Shown here: in pieces, positions 60,500-64,000 of the stretch
Position numbering within the stretch: the stretch's first letter is position 1
How the letters are laid out: each line of letters starts with the position of its first letter
Source of the DNA: Octopus vulgaris
Taxonomy: Eukaryota
Direction: 5' to 3'
DNA length: 64,000 nucleotides
Assembly (NCBI GenBank): GCA_951406725.2
Contig: OX597816.1
Location: 112,406,001 to 112,470,000 of the forward strand
Program-made: the position numbers and the translations under genes
The notes under the pieces: model-generated
Databases searched by the model: none
What the model saw: the letters and a program-made list of their open reading frames with translations, nothing else
What the model was told of the DNA's origin: nothing

Positions 60500-61195
60500 T
60501 CATCTTATACTCTAGCCTTGGGTCGCACAAAGTCTTGTGAGTGGATCTGGTAGACGAAAACTGAAAGAAGCTTGTTATATATATGTGTATGTGTGTCATT
60601 GTATCTGTTTGTCTCCCAGTACTGCTTGACAACCGGTGTTGGTGTGTTTACGTCCTCATAACTTAGCACTTTGGCAAACAAGACTGATAAAATCAGTATC
60701 AGGCTAAACAAAATGTAAGTACTGGGGTTAATTCATTCGTTCATTCAACTAAAAATTCTTCAAGGTGGTGCCAAGCATGGCTGTTGTCTAATGACTGAAA
60801 CAAGCAAAAAGTAAAAAAATGTAATTGAATAATATATAATTTGCAAAGCTGCTGTCTTAAATTATGATTCTTATTTCATTTCTAAGTAGTTTATTTTCCA
60901 GTGCCAACAAATATACAATTATTCTATCAGTCTCTTTTGCCAAACCACTAGGTTATGGGGACATAATCACACTAACATCAGTTGTCAAGTGATGGTGGGG
61001 GGACAAATACAGACATGTATGTGTGTATGTATGTATACGACAAGCTTCTTTCAGTTCTCATCTACCAAATCCACTCACAAGGCTTTGGTCAGCCTGAGGC
61101 TATATATAGCAGAAGACACTTGCCCAAGGTGCCATGCAGTGGGACTGAACCTAGTACCATATGGTTGGGAAGCAAGCTTCTTACCACACAGTTAT
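60500..61195. mobile_element. Two SINE family D copies in opposite orientation (+ 60500-60810, - 60920-61195)
   Basis: Shared motifs TGGTAGACGAAAACTGAAAGAAGC and its reverse complement. Confidence 0.75.
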
Positions 61196-61784
61196 GTCAC
61201 ATATATATATCTATATATGTATGTGTGTGTGTGTGCATGCATGTAAATGCCTGTGTATTAAATAGCTAAACAAACCCACCCACATATATTACCAAATATG
61301 CATGTGTTTGTGCTAGTGTGTGTATATAGTTTTTCATGTCAATGAATATGTGTAGCATTATTTCCATTCACTCACAAAAAAGATAAAAATTAATATGTTA
61401 TCAATATTTCATATGTAACGTTGTTGCTGGCACTCAATTGAACAAGGAGTATGTTTCCAGCAAATTGAGCCATTGATGTGATTTCCATCTCCTAATTGAA
61501 GCCAATTCACTTTCCATGTATTGTTGTGTCCCACAGTCTTACCATATTATGTAAATCAATTTGCTTATAGATACTGCAAATGCAAGGTATGCATGGATAC
61601 CTCTGTACCACCTTCTCTCCTTTTTCCCAACTAGGGTATATATATATCTTACGCAGGACATCTGTTTCTATTCTCATCTCTCTCTCTTCTCTCTCCTCTC
61701 TCTCTTTCTTGCACACTCTCCCACTCTCCTCCCTTGCACACTCCCACTTCCTCCCTCTTGCATGCATTCCCTTTTCTCCCTCCT

Positions 61785-62198
61785 TCCCCCCTGTACACCC
61801 CCCATACACTCCCCCCTGTACACTCCCCCCCCATGTACACTCCCCCTGTACGCTTCCCCCTGTACGCTTCCCCCTGTACACTCTCCCCTGTACACTCTCC
61901 CCTGTACACTCTCCCCTGTACACTTTCCCTCTGTACACTTTCCCTCTGTACACTTTCCCTCTGTACACTTTCCCTCTGTACACTTTCCCTCTGTACACTT
62001 TTCCTCTGTACACTTCCCCCTGTACACTCTCCCTCCTGCACGCTCTCTCTTTCTCCTGCATGCTCTCTCTCTCCTGCATGCTCTCTCTCTCTCATGCACA
62101 CACTCTCTCTCTCTCATGCACACACTCTCTCTCTCATGCATACTCTCTCTTTCTCCTGCATGCTCTATCTTTCTCCTGCACACTCTCTCTTTCTCTCT
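61785..62198. repeat. Pyrimidine-rich minisatellite (~14-15-bp units with TGTACAC core, grading into TGCA-core CT repeats)
   Basis: Units such as CTCTCCCCTGTACA and CTTTCCCTCTGTACA repeated >15 times; explains all long ORFs here. Confidence 0.92.
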
Positions 62199-64000
62199 CA
62201 AAATATAGGACAGGCTTCTATGCAGTTTCTGTCTAATCCTTTCACTCACATGTCATTGGTCAGTTCTAAGGCAAGAGTAGAAGACACTTCCCCAACTTGT
62301 TGCATAGCAGAACTGAAACCAAAGTACACAAAAGGCTGGTTGCAAATCTGAACTTCTTAACCACAGAACCATGCCTGCATTTATTTCTTTTAATTTTTAA
62401 TATGATCAAGATATTCGAGGTTGTGCAAAACCGCTGTAACTTTATAAATTTTAGATTAAGCTTGTTTTAAGAAATGTTATGTGATCATTATACTATGAGA
62501 TTTTTGATTGAGAATTTCATTTAAATATGAATACTTCAGTACGGATAATCTCTTAAGGACAGGCATTATAGAAAGGTTAAGTTGAAAACTTTACAATGAC
62601 TTGACTTGTTCTGTCATTCAAATTGAAAATATGAGCTCCCAAACCTCATTTATGCAAGCCATCCAAATAAGGTATTTGTCTTGTAATTATTTTGAAGGCT
62701 ACTATTATTATTATGACATGGAAAACATATGTTAGGGTTACAGTGCTTTTTCTCGCTCATTAGTGGGGTGTTTTTTTGTCTTGAAATAAAGAGTATTATC
62801 CCTTAAATCATAATAATTTGATATTGTCATGTGCAATTGCATGCTACTTTTGTACTGCTTTAAGATATTTTAATTACCTAAAATTTAATCATTAATATAT
62901 TATTCCAGCATTATCATTGACATTTGCATATTATTTGTGTGTATTCATTTGCCTGACTGGTTTATCTTTTCACCTCTCTTCATTTAACTGTGGATTAATT
63001 ACCAAGGTATGATTTTTTTTCTTTGTAGAGGTATTTTGTCTTTTATAGTGGTGAGCAAGTTTATAAAAAACATATGCTAATGTGATATGAGCAGTGATTT
63101 CAGTATTGTGTATCCATGTATGTGATTACATGCACAGGGGAGCATATATATGTATGATGGGAATTAGTAATTTGTTCTCAGTCATCTGTAATTAATCATT
63201 TCTTACAGAGGCACAAAACCCAGAAACTTTTAGCCATAACTTTGTGTGTGTGTGTGTGTGCATGATCATCATTTTGGTTTTAACATTGTTAGAACAAATT
63301 TAGTGAGACAGATTTTCCATGGCCATTTACCCTTTCCTGTGGCATAAATGCATGTGTGTGTGTGTTGTATGTAAATATGCATGTATATGAAGGGTGGAGT
63401 CCACAGTAATCCATAGGTAGGAGAGGTGCAGCTGGAGGGTAAAATGTCCAAAAGAGAATTCGTAAAGGGTAGAAAGGTAGAAAGTCCAGTGGAGAAGTCC
63501 GTGTGTGATAAGAAGTGACAGGGTCAACTGGTGCGACCACGTGAGCGTGATATATGGGGAGAATTCATGAATAAAATAAAAAATGAAGACAGATGGTGTA
63601 GAAAACAAACAGATGTATTAGTATAACGCTCAGGAATTGAAAAAGTCTTTTACATTTTGAGCCTATGCTCTTCTACAGAAAGGAACACAGAAAGAAGGGT
63701 GCATAGCCTAATGGTAAGGGTGTTATACCCATGATCATGAAATTGTGGTTTTGACTCTTACACTGGGTGATGCCCTATGTTCCTGACCTCACCTCATGTT
63801 CATTTATGATCCCTTCAACATCTGATGTCTGGCACACCATTGCACCTATACAAGCAATATATATTTGACCGAAGGAGTGAGCTAATGCACAGCACATACA
63901 TTTCATCACTATAAACAAATCATCTGTGCAAGTTGTTCAGTTAGAAATTTCAGAACCTTCATCTGTCATTTACAACAGGAGAGCCCGTGAGATGTATATG

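Noticed and set aside
61507-62351. Longest ORFs in the track (150-218 aa)
   Set aside because: Open in all six frames because they traverse a stop-free minisatellite; peptides are repetitive.
62630-62677. ATG...AAG|GTATTT candidate first coding exon (MSSQTSFMQAIQI)
   Set aside because: Weak donor, no acceptor or homology support; indistinguishable from chance.

Overview
Repeat-rich, AT-rich eukaryotic genomic DNA. The SINE/LINE/MITE families and dense microsatellites look like an octopod cephalopod genome (inference from pattern recognition, not a database hit). No intact protein-coding gene is recognisable, and nearly all ORF-track entries are microsatellite or repeat artefacts. Main structures: (1) a ~9.4 kb block present twice (7430-16877 and 16978-26416) around a 100-N gap, probably a haplotype/assembly duplication; (2) a 2.9 kb non-autonomous foldback DNA transposon (37889-40783) with ~1.3 kb near-identical inverted arms, GGTAC termini and an 8-bp TSD (Merlin-like), carrying the same RTE-LINE 3' fragment mirrored in both arms and lying 28 bp after a candidate splice donor; (3) a second GG-ended, 8-bp-TSD foldback (42098-42832) that appears to be built by inverted fusion of a shorter MITE, nested in a hAT-like MITE; (4) a decayed CRE-type restriction-like-endonuclease retrotransposon 3' end, two RTE LINE remnants, a complete non-autonomous Helitron, many tRNA-derived SINEs and several multi-level nested insertions; (5) a CpG-retaining central domain (~3.6-46.5 kb) flanked by CpG-depleted DNA, suggesting an unmethylated intergenic/5' region between methylated gene bodies.
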